The position numbers and the translations under genes were made by a program. Shown here in pieces: positions 39,708-50,184 of a stretch of DNA of 64,000 bases. The notes under the pieces are model-generated. The model ran no database searches and was not told the origin of the DNA. It saw nothing but the letters and a program-made list of their open reading frames with translations. The stretch's first letter is position 1, and every line of letters starts with the position of its first letter. This DNA is from Planctomycetota bacterium (lineage in GTDB: Bacteria > Planctomycetota > UBA8108 > SXIK01): positions 1,312,001 to 1,376,000 of the forward strand of contig OZ244999.1 in assembly GCA_965223265.1 (NCBI GenBank), given 5' to 3'.

Positions 39708-40895
39708 ATGAAGATCAAGGAAGTCCGCGTCATCGTCACCTCACCGGGGAGGAATTTTGTCGTCGTCAAGGTAGTTACGGACGACGGGGTCTACGGAGTC
39801 GGTGAAGGCACACTCAATGGCAGTGAGCTGGCGGTGGCGGAGGCGTTGCGTCACGCCTCGGGCCTACTCATCGGTATGGATCCCCAGCGAATCGAGGATA
39901 TCTGGCACTTCCTGTATCACCATTCCTACTGGCGGGGTGGTCCGGTGCAGATGGCCGCCATCGCAGCCGTCGATCTCGCGCTTTGGGACATCAAGGGCAA
40001 ACTCGCGAAGATGCCCGTGTACCAGCTCCTGGGAGGCAGGGCGCGTCAGGGCTGCATGGTGTACGGTCACGCGAGCGGCGGTACGTACGACGAGATCACT
40101 CGGTCGGTACGCAGCCTCCAGCAGCGCGGGTATAAAGTCATTCGCGTGCAGCATGGACCCTACGGTGGTCCGGGCTCGCGACGGTCCGAAGAACCCCGCC
40201 GTCCGGGCATCCCCGCGGTGCGGACTTTTGAGCCCACGCCCTATCTGATCGATACGCCCCGCATGTTCGAGCACTTGCGACGCGAGCTTGGCGACGAAGT
40301 GGAGCTGTGCCACGACGTGCACGAACAGCTCACGCCGCAGCAGGCGGCCGACCTCGCCAGGAAGCTGCAGGACTTTCGCCTCTTCTTCCTCGAAGACCCC
40401 GTGAGGCCCGAGCACAAAGCGAGCTTCAAGATGGTCCGGGAGGCATCCACCACACCGCTGGCGATGGGAGAGCTCTTCGTCTCGCGATGGGACTGCCTGC
40501 CGCTCTTCGTCAACCAATGGATCGACTACATCCGCATCAAGCCTCTGCACGTCGGCGGCATTACGGAGGCCAAGAAGATCCTCGCCATGGCCGAGCCCTA
40601 TCAGGTCAAGAGTGCGTCGCACGGCGCCATGGATATAGGACGCATCGGTCAAGCGGCTTCGGTGCATGTCAACCTGACCATCCCCAACTTCGGCATCCAG
40701 GAGTGGGTCGATTTTCCGCGGGAAGCTCACGAGGTTTTCCCGGGCGGTGCCATGTACCACGATGGCTACGCGCTCCCGCCGGAGACGCCCGGGCTGGGCG
40801 TGGACGTCAACGAGGCGGCAGCCAAGAAGTACCCGTACCGCAAGGCCTACATGCCGCTTGTGCGACGGGAGGATGGGACGATGCACGTCTACTGA
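39708..40895 (+). CDS. manD: Enolase-superfamily acid-sugar dehydratase, RspA/D-mannonate dehydratase family
   Basis: SPGRNFVVVKVVTDDGVYGVGEGTLNGSEL, YWRGGP, ALWDIKGK, HDVHEQL, FLEDP, GELF, NFGIQE, PGLGVD. Substrate not established. Confidence 0.82.
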   Translation: MKIKEVRVIVTSPGRNFVVVKVVTDDGVYGVGEGTLNGSELAVAEALRHASGLLIGMDPQRIEDIWHFLYHHSYWRGGPVQMAAIAAVDLALWDIKGKLAKMPVYQLLGGRARQGCMVYGHASGGTYDEITRSVRSLQQRGYKVIRVQHGPYGGPGSRRSEEPRRPGIPAVRTFEPTPYLIDTPRMFEHLRRELGDEVELCHDVHEQLTPQQAADLARKLQDFRLFFLEDPVRPEHKASFKMVREASTTPLAMGELFVSRWDCLPLFVNQWIDYIRIKPLHVGGITEAKKILAMAEPYQVKSASHGAMDIGRIGQAASVHVNLTIPNFGIQEWVDFPREAHEVFPGGAMYHDGYALPPETPGLGVDVNEAAAKKYPYRKAYMPLVRREDGTMHVY

Positions 40896-40919
40896 CCGAC
40901 GCGCGAGGAGCAGAGTCGC

Positions 40920-42359
40920 ATGTCACCCGATGGAAACCATGACTTGAGAGCCGGCGTTTCTCGAGTCGCCATCACGGCGCCACTCGGCATCCGGATGATG
41001 GGGTACACAGTGCAGGAGTGCTTGGCGGAGTCAGTAGAGCGTCAGCTGACAGCGACGGCGCTCGTCCTCGCCAGTGCCGAGACCACCGTCGTTCTCATCG
41101 CCTGCGACCTTCTCTTCATCCAGAGTCCCTACGTCGACCGCGTCCGCGAGAGCGTAGCTAACGCACTGGGCCTCTCCGCAGAGGCGGTCCTCATCAACTG
41201 TAGCCACACTCATTTGGGACCGATGCTGCCCGGGTGGCACGCGGACACGCCCGAGCAGACGGAGCTGCAAGCCCAGTACTTTTCGTTTCTGGAGGATGCT
41301 CTCGTGCGCGTCTCCACGGACGCCTCGGCGTGCCGCGAGCCGGCGCGCATCGGAGGAGCGCGCGGTACCACCGCGATCGGCATGAATCGCAGGGAGAGGC
41401 TGGCGGACGGCAGCGTCATCATCGGTGAGAATCCCGCCGGCCCCGTCGACCGCGACGTCCACGTCCTGCGCATCGACGACCTTGCCGGCAGACCTTTGGC
41501 GACGGTGTTCTCGGCTGCGGCGCATACCGTCGTCCTCGGTCCAGCGACTGCGCAGCTCTCTCCGGACTATGTCGGCCCGGCGCGCAAGATCGTTGAAACG
41601 ACAACCGGTGCGCCGTCGCTCTTTCTGCAAGGAGCCGCGGGCAACGTCAACCCGCGATGCGGCATCGGCGCCGGAGGCGGGGAGCAGCACGACGACCTCG
41701 AGCGTTTGGGGGCGGAGCTCGGCGGCGAGGTCCTCAGCGCATGGGCGGGGATTCGCACGCACAACCGCCAGGGACCGCGGCGTGTCGTGCGCTCCGTAGC
41801 GGCGATTTCAGTCTGGGACTACGAGCCTGTACCCGCCAAATGTGTGGAGCACTTCGCCCTCGCGTCGAGACGCCTGACCTTGCCGTTGGCTCCGCTGCCC
41901 TCGCGCAGGCTGGCAGAGTCGAGCGTAGAGGCCCATCGCGCGCGCCTCGAGGAAACCGAGGCGAGTGGCGCTTCCGTGGGTAGAGTGCAAGTGGCGCGCC
42001 GGCTGCTTCACTGGGCAGAGAACGTCCTTCGTGCCGTCGACGCCGGTGAGAACCCGCCTCGCAGGGAGCTCATATTCTGGGCTTGGTGTGTCAACGACAT
42101 CGCGCTCGTCGCCGTCTCCGGGGAACCCTTTGCTGAGCTTGGCCTCGAGGTCAAGCGTCGCTCACCGTTCGCGCACACTCTCTTCCTCGGCTACAGCAAC
42201 GGCTGCATCGGCTATCTGCCCACCCCGGAAGCGTTCGACGAGGGTGGCATGGAGGTCTACGAGTCCTACCAGAACTATCTGCTCCCCGCTCCACTGACGA
42301 ACGAATGGGGGCCGGCGGTCGTGCGCACGGCGCTGGAGCTTCTCGAGGGCCTCAAGTAG
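40920..42359 (+). CDS. Neutral/alkaline ceramidase N-terminal-domain-like hydrolase
   Basis: AGVSRVAIT, INCSHTHLGP, NRR, SPDYVG, FLQGAAGNVNP, GEPFAE, GYSNGCIGYLP. Confidence 0.82.
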   Translation: MSPDGNHDLRAGVSRVAITAPLGIRMMGYTVQECLAESVERQLTATALVLASAETTVVLIACDLLFIQSPYVDRVRESVANALGLSAEAVLINCSHTHLGPMLPGWHADTPEQTELQAQYFSFLEDALVRVSTDASACREPARIGGARGTTAIGMNRRERLADGSVIIGENPAGPVDRDVHVLRIDDLAGRPLATVFSAAAHTVVLGPATAQLSPDYVGPARKIVETTTGAPSLFLQGAAGNVNPRCGIGAGGGEQHDDLERLGAELGGEVLSAWAGIRTHNRQGPRRVVRSVAAISVWDYEPVPAKCVEHFALASRRLTLPLAPLPSRRLAESSVEAHRARLEETEASGASVGRVQVARRLLHWAENVLRAVDAGENPPRRELIFWAWCVNDIALVAVSGEPFAELGLEVKRRSPFAHTLFLGYSNGCIGYLPTPEAFDEGGMEVYESYQNYLLPAPLTNEWGPAVVRTALELLEGLK

Positions 42360-42466
42360 AGGGGCGCGCCGGGTCTCCGGTGTCGTCCACGGGCGCAGCT
42401 CGCCGCGGAGTCGCGGAGCTGCAACAGAAGAAGGCGACGGACATACACGTAGATGAAGCTTCCACC

Positions 42467-43293
42467 ATGAATGGCGGCACAGCGCACGAGCGCGACCCCC
42501 CGGAGCCGTCTCGCCAAAGCATCGAGATCCCCACGCCGGACCCGCTCCTCACGGCGCCGTGGTCGATGCACAAGGCGATGCGGCTCGCCCGTTCCTTCGG
42601 CCCCGCCGCTGTGGTCGCCTCGCTGTCGATCGGGGCGGGGGAGACGATCCTCGTGACCGGACTCGGGGCCTGGGCCGAGTACCGGTTGCTGTGGTTTCTC
42701 CTCCTCAGCGTGGCCGTCAAGGGCGTCGTGGTGATCTACCTGATCGGTCGTTACACGGCAGTGTCCGGACAATCCGTCGTGCGGCGCCTCGTCGAGCTCC
42801 CGGGACCCCGCGGTTGGCTGCCGCTTGCCATGGTTGTCGCGGAGGTCGGTCTTCTCAGCCTGGCGTATACCGCGGTGGGGAAGCCCTGTGGGAATCTGTT
42901 GGCGCACCTAACGCAGGACTTCCTTCCCGCGGGCCTGAGCTTCGCAGTCGTGTCAGCCATGACTGTCTGAGCGCAATCTGGCCCAGCTTCGGAGCCTTCT
43001 CCAAGCGTCGTCTGCAGGGGTTGATCGCGGCCTGGTTCTTCGTCACCTCTCTCATCTGGACTTGGACCGGCGTCACGTTTGACGTGTTGACGCAGATCGG
43101 CGCTTTCGTCACCACCAACCTCGGTCTCTGCCTGGCCACCTTGTGCGTCCTCGTCTTTACGGCTCGCTTGCCGCGTCTCTACCGCCCCCCGTGGTGGGTG
43201 CTGGCCGGCGGTGCGCTCTCTGTACTGACTCTTCTCGCTTGTTCCGTAGGCGGCGCTGTCGGCCTATGGCGTAGACTGTGGGCGTCCCTTTGA
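42467..43293 (+). pseudogene. Nramp/MntH-like transporter with an internal deletion and frameshift
   Basis: The N-terminal half (FGPAAVVASLSIGAGE, GRYTAVSGQ) joins out of frame at about 42950 to a C-terminal TM tail. About 270 codons in total, much shorter than a full 11-12 TM protein. Confidence 0.7.
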
Positions 43294-43334
43294 GCTGCTT
43301 GCCTGTCTCAAGGATTTGCGAAGATGGACGCTAA

Positions 43335-43430
43335 CCTCGAGCTTGGCCATTTCGCGCCGGCCTGGCCGGACGAGTTTCGCGGGGATTCAAAGGCCCGTTC
43401 GACTTTTTTTTGTACCTGAGAACCCTCCAC
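43335..43430 (+). mobile_element. Partial copy of MITE-B
   Basis: About 90 nt near-identical to 56408-56496, preceded by CTAA; the right end is degenerate. Confidence 0.75.
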
Positions 43431-43481
43431 AAGCGCATTCGGGCAGACCGTCAGAGAGTCGCGAAAAGCCGGGAGCGTCAC

Positions 43482-44891
43482 ATGTCTCGCGTAATCAGGA
43501 TTCCTGACTCCGCGTTTGGCGGGGTGTGGTCGGTCGCGGCGCGAAGGCACTCTCTCGTGTTGCTCGTCTGTTGGCTGGCGTGGAGTGTGCAAGGCGCCGA
43601 AGTGCTGGTGATTCGCGGCGCTACGATCTTCGACTCGGCTTCCGGCCGGCTGCTACCGGACCGCACCATCGTGGTCGATGGAGAGCGCATCCGGGCCATC
43701 GGGACACCGCAAGACCCAGTGACGGTGCCGCTCGACGCTCGGGTGCTTGACGCCGCGGGGAAGTACGTGCTCCCGGGCTTCATCGACGCGCATGTCCATC
43801 TCGTACACCTGGCCGATCGCACGCGCGTCACCGGCGATGAATTCCTGCCTCTCTTCCTGGCGGCTGGGGTGACCTCGGTACGCAGCACGGGCGATGCCAT
43901 CGTCGCTCAGGCGGGAGTTGCCCACTACGCGGAGGCTCGCCCGAATCTCTGCCCACGGGTGTTCCTAGCCAGTCCGCTGATCGACGGAGATCCTCCCGTG
44001 CACCGGGACGTCGGCTACAGCTTGACGGATCCAACGCAGATCGTGTCGTTCGTCGACGACATGGCAGCTTGGGACGTCGTGACCCTGAAGATTTACGTCG
44101 GAACACCGCGAAGCATTGGCCGCGAAATCATCCGCGAGGGGCACCGAAGAGGCATGACGGTCACAGCTCACCTCGGGCGATACACGGCGCAGGATGCAGT
44201 GCGCGATGGCATCGATGCCTTGGAGCATATCTGGAGTGTCTTCAACTACAGTATTCCGCCTGAGGCGAAAGCCGAACCTCACCATCGGGCGCGTCTCGAC
44301 TTGAACAACCCGCAGTGCCAAGCGCTCGTCGCGGCGATCGCTCAGAACGACGTCGCTGTCGATCCGACGCTCGTCGTCTTCCGCAACATGATCTATCTCA
44401 ATGACCTCGAGGAAGTCCACGCACACGCCGATTTGAAGCACGTCCCCAAGCGTATGCTGCGCTATTGGGACGCCTACCGTGCAGAAAAGAACCTACCGCT
44501 GGCGACGCGGTATCTTCGCCTTCAGGAGGTGCAGAAGTACCAGGAGCTCACGGGCATGCTGCACCGGGCTGGCGTCTCGCTTCTCGTCGGCACCGACAGC
44601 CCGGAGCCCTACGTGACGCCGGGGTTCTCTCTGCACGAGGAGCTAGCGCTGCTCGTCGAGTCGGGCTTGTCCCCCGCCGATGCTCTGCGAGCGGCGACCC
44701 TCAACAACGCCGCCATCATCCAGCAGACGGACCAGCTGGGAAGCGTCGAAGTCGGCAAGCTCGCCGATCTGGTGATCCTTGGCGCCGATCCCACGGCGGA
44801 CATTCGCAATACGCGTCGCATCGAGTGGGTCGTGCGCGGCGGAGAGCTTTGTGAGCCGCGTGCGGTCTTGCGTGCAGTCCCACGAGAATGA
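43482..44891 (+). CDS. Amidohydrolase family protein, secreted
   Basis: GKYVLPGFIDAHVH, AGVTSVR, TAH, LEH, GTD, GFSLHEEL, GKLADLVIL. Confidence 0.92.
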   Translation: MSRVIRIPDSAFGGVWSVAARRHSLVLLVCWLAWSVQGAEVLVIRGATIFDSASGRLLPDRTIVVDGERIRAIGTPQDPVTVPLDARVLDAAGKYVLPGFIDAHVHLVHLADRTRVTGDEFLPLFLAAGVTSVRSTGDAIVAQAGVAHYAEARPNLCPRVFLASPLIDGDPPVHRDVGYSLTDPTQIVSFVDDMAAWDVVTLKIYVGTPRSIGREIIREGHRRGMTVTAHLGRYTAQDAVRDGIDALEHIWSVFNYSIPPEAKAEPHHRARLDLNNPQCQALVAAIAQNDVAVDPTLVVFRNMIYLNDLEEVHAHADLKHVPKRMLRYWDAYRAEKNLPLATRYLRLQEVQKYQELTGMLHRAGVSLLVGTDSPEPYVTPGFSLHEELALLVESGLSPADALRAATLNNAAIIQQTDQLGSVEVGKLADLVILGADPTADIRNTRRIEWVVRGGELCEPRAVLRAVPRE

Positions 44892-45095
44892 GCCAGGGCA
44901 TGCCAGCGAGGTTCTTCTCACAGCTTTGGTAGCGAGACGCCGCAAGTCGTGGCCTGACGTTCTCCTCGCAGCCATCGTGTTGGCCGGCGTCGTGTTGCAG
45001 TCGTCTCCCGACCGCGACAAACTGGTAGCGCTCGAATCCGGCGCGTCGCCTTCAGGCGCAGGCTGATCTTGATCTGTTGACTCCGGAGCTCCGAC

Positions 45096-48000
45096 ATGCT
45101 GAAGCGACTCGTTCTTGTCGTAGTGCCCATCAGCGCGCTCTGCTGTGGCGAGTCCGCTGCGGGAGAGCACACGACTCCTCGCGGAGAACCGTGGCCCTAC
45201 CATGTCATCGATGACTCGTCGCGAGGCGCAGACGGCGTCAAGCTCGCCGATCTCAACGGCGACGGCCTCATGGATATCGCGACGGGGTGGGAGGAGGGCG
45301 GTGTGACCGTAGTCTACCTCCACCCCGGATTCGCTCGCGCGAAGTCGAAGTGGCCGGCGGTCACCGTCGGCCAAACTCCCTCCGTCGAGGACGCGGTGTT
45401 CGCCGACTTGGACGGCGACGGCGCCCTGGACGTCGTGAGCTGCTGCGAGGGAGCGACGCGGAAGATCTTTGCACACTGGGCGCCGAAGGATCGCCGAGAG
45501 ATTCTCACGCAGGATACATGGGAGCAAGCTCCGTTTCCCGAACCACCAGGCGGCGCACAGGAGTGGCTGTTCGCGTGGCCCATGCAGGTGGACGGCAAGA
45601 ACGGCGTCGACCTCGTCGCAGGTTCAAAGGGCGATGGTGCAAGCGTCGGTTGGTTTCAAGCACCGCAGAACGGGCGGGACCTAGCTGCGTACCGCTGGCA
45701 TCCGATGTCGCGCGCGGGGTGGACCATGTCGATTTGGAAGCGCGACATGGATGGGGATGGAGACCTCGATATCGTCGTGTCGGATCGCTTTGGCGAGCTT
45801 CGCGGCTGTCGGTGGTTAGAAAATCCTGGCGCGCTGCCAGCACAGACGCAGCCTTGGAGGTCCCGTTTCATGGGAGCGCAGGGCGAGGAGGTCCTGAGCA
45901 TGGCACTCGCAGACCTGGACCGCGACGGCTTGGAGGACGCCGTCGTGGCGGTCAAGGACAAGAGGATTCTGTTTCTCAAGAGACTCGACACGGCCGGTTT
46001 GAGGTGGCAGACCCACGAAATCTCCGCCGACTTCGACACCGGCAACACACGCGCGGTGGTCGTGGCGGATGTCAACAGCGATGGGCGGGACGACCTGGTG
46101 TTCACGACCTGGAACTCGCAGGGCAAGCACGGAGTGCTCTGGATGGAGTACCAGCGAAGCCCGACGGATCGGGATTGGATGCCGTACCCGATCAGCGGGA
46201 AAGAGAAGGGGATCAAGTACGACCGCATTGAGATGCTCGACATGGACGGAGACGGGGATCTCGATTTGCTCACGTGCGAAGAGCGCGAAGGGGGGCATGG
46301 GATGGGGGTCTTCTGGTATGAAAACCCAATCGACCAGGGCCCGAACCCGTCGGCCGTTGCCAATGAGCCCTCCGCGCCGCGGGATCGCTTGCTCTTAGAC
46401 GATGACTTCTCCGGCCTAAAGCCAGGGCAGTTTTCCAGCGTCGTCGGTGCCCACACCGAGTACCACTATCTGCCCGCTAGCGCTCCGAAAGGTGGATGGT
46501 CCGTGAGCTCCTTCACTTCACGGATTGGCTTCCAGCGTGCCTGGAAGGTCTTCGCCGTCGACGGTGACGCGACGCTCGCGCAGACTTTCGACAACGTGAA
46601 GACCAAGCACGCTCACCCCTTCGTCGTCTCCGGCGATCCAGCGTGGCGCGATTATACCCTGACCGTCGACCTCGTGCCCGAGTCGAAACGAGCGCGCAGC
46701 GGTGTCGTGTTTCGCTACCGTAACGATCGCTGCTACTACTTCTTCGGAGTGCATGGAGACGAAGCGGTACTCAAGCTCGTACAGCATGGGACCGCGTTCC
46801 GCAAACCTCTCGAAAGACAGCTCGCGTCGAGACCGTTCGATTGGAATCCCGGCGCTCGGCTCACGGCGCGCGTCCGCCTGGAAGGTAAGACCATTCACGC
46901 AGAGTTCGAAGCCGGTCCGACGCTCATGGCGCGCGACGCGACCTTTCCTACGGGCGGCATCGGCCTGCTGGCGGACGTGCCGACGCGATACCATCGCGTC
47001 TCCGTAGCAGTGGACGCTGCGGAAGAGCGGCGTATCGTCAGCACGATCTCCCAGCGTGTGCGCGAGCTGAGCACTCTGCAAGCCGCTCACCCGAAGCCCG
47101 TTCTCTGGAAAAAGTTCAAGACCGAAGGCTTCGGTGTCGGTCGCAACCTGCGCTTCGGCGACCTCGACGGCGATGGCCGACTCGACCTCCTGATCGGCCA
47201 GGTGATCCACCACGGGCCGAAGGATCGCAACAGTGAGGTCGGCTGCCTGACCGCGATGACCTTCGACGGGGAAAGGCTCTGGCAGCTCGGTGAGCCAGAC
47301 CCGTGGAAGGACCACTTGACGAACGACGTGGGCTTCCAGATCCACGACCTGGACGGCGATGGCGCGACGGAAGTGATCTATTGCAAGAACATGGAGATCG
47401 TCGTCGCCGAGGGTGCGACCGGCAAGACGAAATACAAAGCGCCCACACCCGAGACGCCGCCGTACACCAAGCCGCCGTACAACAAGTTCCCCCGCATCCT
47501 TGGCGACGCGCTCCTCTTCTGCGATCTGCGCGGCACGGGGCACCCGCGCGACATCATCATCAAGGACCGCTACCGGAGCTTCTGGGCTCTCGACGACATG
47601 CTCCGGGTGCTCTGGAGCGGCAGCTGCAATACAGGACACTACCCGTTCCCGTACGACCTGGACGGCGACGGCCGGGACGAGGTCTCGATCGGCTACAGCC
47701 TTTTCGATGACGACGGTAAGCTTCTATGGACGCTCGACGACAGACTGGAAGACCACGCCGACGGCGTGGCCTGGGTGCACTACGGGAAAGACCACGCCGA
47801 GCCACGCCTGATGTGCGCCGCCAGTGACGAGGGCATGGCGTTCGCCGACCCGCGCGGGAACCTGATCAAGCACCACCACATCGGCCACGTGCAGAACCCC
47901 GCAGTCGCCGACTTCCGACCCGATCTCCCGGGTCTGGAAACGGTCTCCATCAACTACTGGGGCAACCAGGGCATCATCCACTTCTTCGATGCCGACGGCG

Positions 48001-48362
48001 AGATCTACCACGACGTCGAGCCCTGCCAGCACGGCAGCATGTGTCTACCGATCAACTGGACGGGCAAGCCGGGTGAGCTCTTTGTCCTCTCACCAAGCGT
48101 CGTCGAAGGCGGTCTCTTGGACGGGTGGGGGCGACGCGCCGTGCTCTTCCCCAATGATGGGCACCCCGAGCTGTGTAACGCGGTAATGGATCTCACGGGC
48201 GACTGCCGCGACGAGATCGTCGTTTGGGACGCTAGCGAGGTCTGGGTCTACACGCAGAGCGACAACCCGCTGCCCGGTCGCCTCTACAAGCCAGTGCGCA
48301 ATCCGCTCTACAACTACTCCAACTATCAGGCTACGGTCTCGCTTCCGGGATGGAGCGAGTAA
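45096..48362 (+). CDS. Multidomain secreted protein: FG-GAP propeller + ConA/DUF1080-like domain + rhamnogalacturonan lyase (PL11)-like domain
   Basis: N-terminal DLNGDGLMD repeats; middle WRDYTLTVD...SGVVFRY...GGIGL; C-terminal GDLDGDG, HDLDGDGATEV, IKDRY, NTGHYP, DHADG, DLTGDCRDEI. Confidence 0.72.
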   Translation: MLKRLVLVVVPISALCCGESAAGEHTTPRGEPWPYHVIDDSSRGADGVKLADLNGDGLMDIATGWEEGGVTVVYLHPGFARAKSKWPAVTVGQTPSVEDAVFADLDGDGALDVVSCCEGATRKIFAHWAPKDRREILTQDTWEQAPFPEPPGGAQEWLFAWPMQVDGKNGVDLVAGSKGDGASVGWFQAPQNGRDLAAYRWHPMSRAGWTMSIWKRDMDGDGDLDIVVSDRFGELRGCRWLENPGALPAQTQPWRSRFMGAQGEEVLSMALADLDRDGLEDAVVAVKDKRILFLKRLDTAGLRWQTHEISADFDTGNTRAVVVADVNSDGRDDLVFTTWNSQGKHGVLWMEYQRSPTDRDWMPYPISGKEKGIKYDRIEMLDMDGDGDLDLLTCEEREGGHGMGVFWYENPIDQGPNPSAVANEPSAPRDRLLLDDDFSGLKPGQFSSVVGAHTEYHYLPASAPKGGWSVSSFTSRIGFQRAWKVFAVDGDATLAQTFDNVKTKHAHPFVVSGDPAWRDYTLTVDLVPESKRARSGVVFRYRNDRCYYFFGVHGDEAVLKLVQHGTAFRKPLERQLASRPFDWNPGARLTARVRLEGKTIHAEFEAGPTLMARDATFPTGGIGLLADVPTRYHRVSVAVDAAEERRIVSTISQRVRELSTLQAAHPKPVLWKKFKTEGFGVGRNLRFGDLDGDGRLDLLIGQVIHHGPKDRNSEVGCLTAMTFDGERLWQLGEPDPWKDHLTNDVGFQIHDLDGDGATEVIYCKNMEIVVAEGATGKTKYKAPTPETPPYTKPPYNKFPRILGDALLFCDLRGTGHPRDIIIKDRYRSFWALDDMLRVLWSGSCNTGHYPFPYDLDGDGRDEVSIGYSLFDDDGKLLWTLDDRLEDHADGVAWVHYGKDHAEPRLMCAASDEGMAFADPRGNLIKHHHIGHVQNPAVADFRPDLPGLETVSINYWGNQGIIHFFDADGEIYHDVEPCQHGSMCLPINWTGKPGELFVLSPSVVEGGLLDGWGRRAVLFPNDGHPELCNAVMDLTGDCRDEIVVWDASEVWVYTQSDNPLPGRLYKPVRNPLYNYSNYQATVSLPGWSE

Positions 48363-48375
48363 CCGACGAGTCCGA

Positions 48376-48579
48376 CCCCAACGCCTGCAGAAAAATGACG
48401 GCAAGAAACGCCTTCGGCTCGGTGAATAGCACGCCATTAGCGACGTTCGAACCGCGTCGGCAATGCTCACGTACAGTGAAGTACGCTCCGCGCGCCGCCA
48501 CGTCCCGTCACGTCCTGAAACGCCGCTACTGACGCACTCTTCACCGTTCTTACTCGCCATTTTTCTGCAGGCGTTGGGG
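48376..48579. mobile_element. MITE-like element C with 22-bp perfect terminal inverted repeats
   Basis: CCCCAACGCCTGCAGAAAAATG (48376-48397) and CATTTTTCTGCAGGCGTTGGGG (48558-48579); lies between convergent genes. Confidence 0.75.
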
Positions 48580-48702
48580 GTCCGAGTCGAGAAGACGCAC
48601 GGACGAAAACCGAGTTTCGGAGTGACCCTTCCCGAGCGCTCTACGTCGCGACCATCTGAGATCTTGAATGTTGGACAGAGCTCATAGTCCAGCTGCAGCG
48701 CC

Positions 48703-50157
48703 TCACTGGTACCGCCGTCCGGCAGGCTTCTTCGGTTCGCGCTGCGGTCGCGGTTCTGTGCGTGCGGTGGCGAGATACCTTTCGATGCGCGCTACGACGT
48801 CGGGATGCTCTGCAGCGACATCCTGGGTCTCGCCTGGATCGACGCGGAGATCGTAGAGCGCCAGTTTTCCAGCTTCCTCGGAGGCATTTTCTCTCGGCCG
48901 GATGGCCTTCCAGTGCCCGGCACGCACTGCCGAACTTCCCTTGTGTTCCCAGTAAAGGAACTCATGCACGGCTTGCTTGCGTCCGGCCGCGGTCTCACCC
49001 AGGAGCGTCGGCACCACGGAGATACCGTCGGTTCTGTCAGGGACAGTCGTCTGCCCCAGCTCCGCCAACGTCGGGAGCACGTCCGCAAAGTACCACGGGT
49101 GATCGTTCACCACGCCGGCAGGGATCTTGCCGGGCCAGCGAACGATCATTGGCGTGCGGAGGCCGCCCTCGAACAGCCTGCCCTTGCGGCCCCGAAAGGG
49201 CCCGCAGGCCTTGAAGAACTGCGGATCGCTCGCCCCGCCCGTGGCGCCGTTGTCGCTGGTGAAGAAGACGACGGTGCGGTCATCGAGCTCGAGCTCTTTC
49301 AGGAGCCCGAGCAGCTTACCGACGCTGCGGTCCATGTGGGAGATGATCGCCGCGGTGGCGGCCTTCGGCGTCGGCTGCTTGGCGTAGTCGTGCGGGTATC
49401 CGGTCGGCCGTCCCTTCCTGCCTTCATAAGGAGTCTCTGGAAACTTCCCGACGTACTGAGCTAGCGACTCCTCGGGCACGAGCAGCTCGTAGTGGGGGAC
49501 TGCGAACGGCACATAGAGGAAAAAGTGTTCGTCGTGGTGTGATCGGAGGAAGTCCATCGCCTTACTGACGATTTCGTCGTGGGTGTACTGCCCGCGTCGT
49601 CCGTCCGAGTTGCCCGGTAGTGGGTACTTGCGCTCGTTCTGCCAGAGATACTCGGGGTAGTAAAAGTGCGCATGGATCTGATGCAGGTAGCCGAAGAACT
49701 CGTCGAAGCCCTGCTTGTAGGGCACGCCGGTGGTGCCGTGCTCGCCAAGTCCCCACTTGCCGAACAACCCCGTAACGTATCCCGCGCCCTTGAGGACCTC
49801 AGCGACGGTGACATCCTCGGGTGCCAGAGGGATGCCACCACTGTTGCCACGCACCGGAGTGTGGCCAGCGTGGAGCCCGGTCATGAGAACACTACGCGAC
49901 GGCGCACACACAGGGGCGCCCGCGTACGCTGAGGTGAAGCGCATCCCTTCTGCCGCAAAGCGGTCCAGGTGAGGGGTCTGGATCTTCGTCTGGCCATAGC
50001 AACCCAGGTGCGCGTAACCGAGGTCATCGGCCATGATGAAGACGATGTTGGGACGCTCCCCATCGGCCGCACGGAGGGGTTGGACGAGACCCAGGAGACA
50101 GCACATCCATGCAAAGAGAATCTTCATACGTTTGTCCTTCCGTTGGCTCGGACTCAT
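48703..50157 (-). CDS. Arylsulfatase
   Basis: RPNIVFIMADDLGY, CAPSRSVLMTG, FGKWGLG, FTSDNG, EGGLRTP, LYDLRVDPGE. Confidence 0.95.
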   Translation of the reverse strand: MSPSQRKDKRMKILFAWMCCLLGLVQPLRAADGERPNIVFIMADDLGYAHLGCYGQTKIQTPHLDRFAAEGMRFTSAYAGAPVCAPSRSVLMTGLHAGHTPVRGNSGGIPLAPEDVTVAEVLKGAGYVTGLFGKWGLGEHGTTGVPYKQGFDEFFGYLHQIHAHFYYPEYLWQNERKYPLPGNSDGRRGQYTHDEIVSKAMDFLRSHHDEHFFLYVPFAVPHYELLVPEESLAQYVGKFPETPYEGRKGRPTGYPHDYAKQPTPKAATAAIISHMDRSVGKLLGLLKELELDDRTVVFFTSDNGATGGASDPQFFKACGPFRGRKGRLFEGGLRTPMIVRWPGKIPAGVVNDHPWYFADVLPTLAELGQTTVPDRTDGISVVPTLLGETAAGRKQAVHEFLYWEHKGSSAVRAGHWKAIRPRENASEEAGKLALYDLRVDPGETQDVAAEHPDVVARIERYLATARTEPRPQREPKKPAGRRYQ

Positions 50158-50184
50158 CGATGGGTCCTGAATCGTAGCGAGACC

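Noticed and set aside
44900-45066. Possible PIN-toxin C-terminal remnant (DVLLAAIV…DRD)
   Set aside because: Only a few residues match; could be chance.
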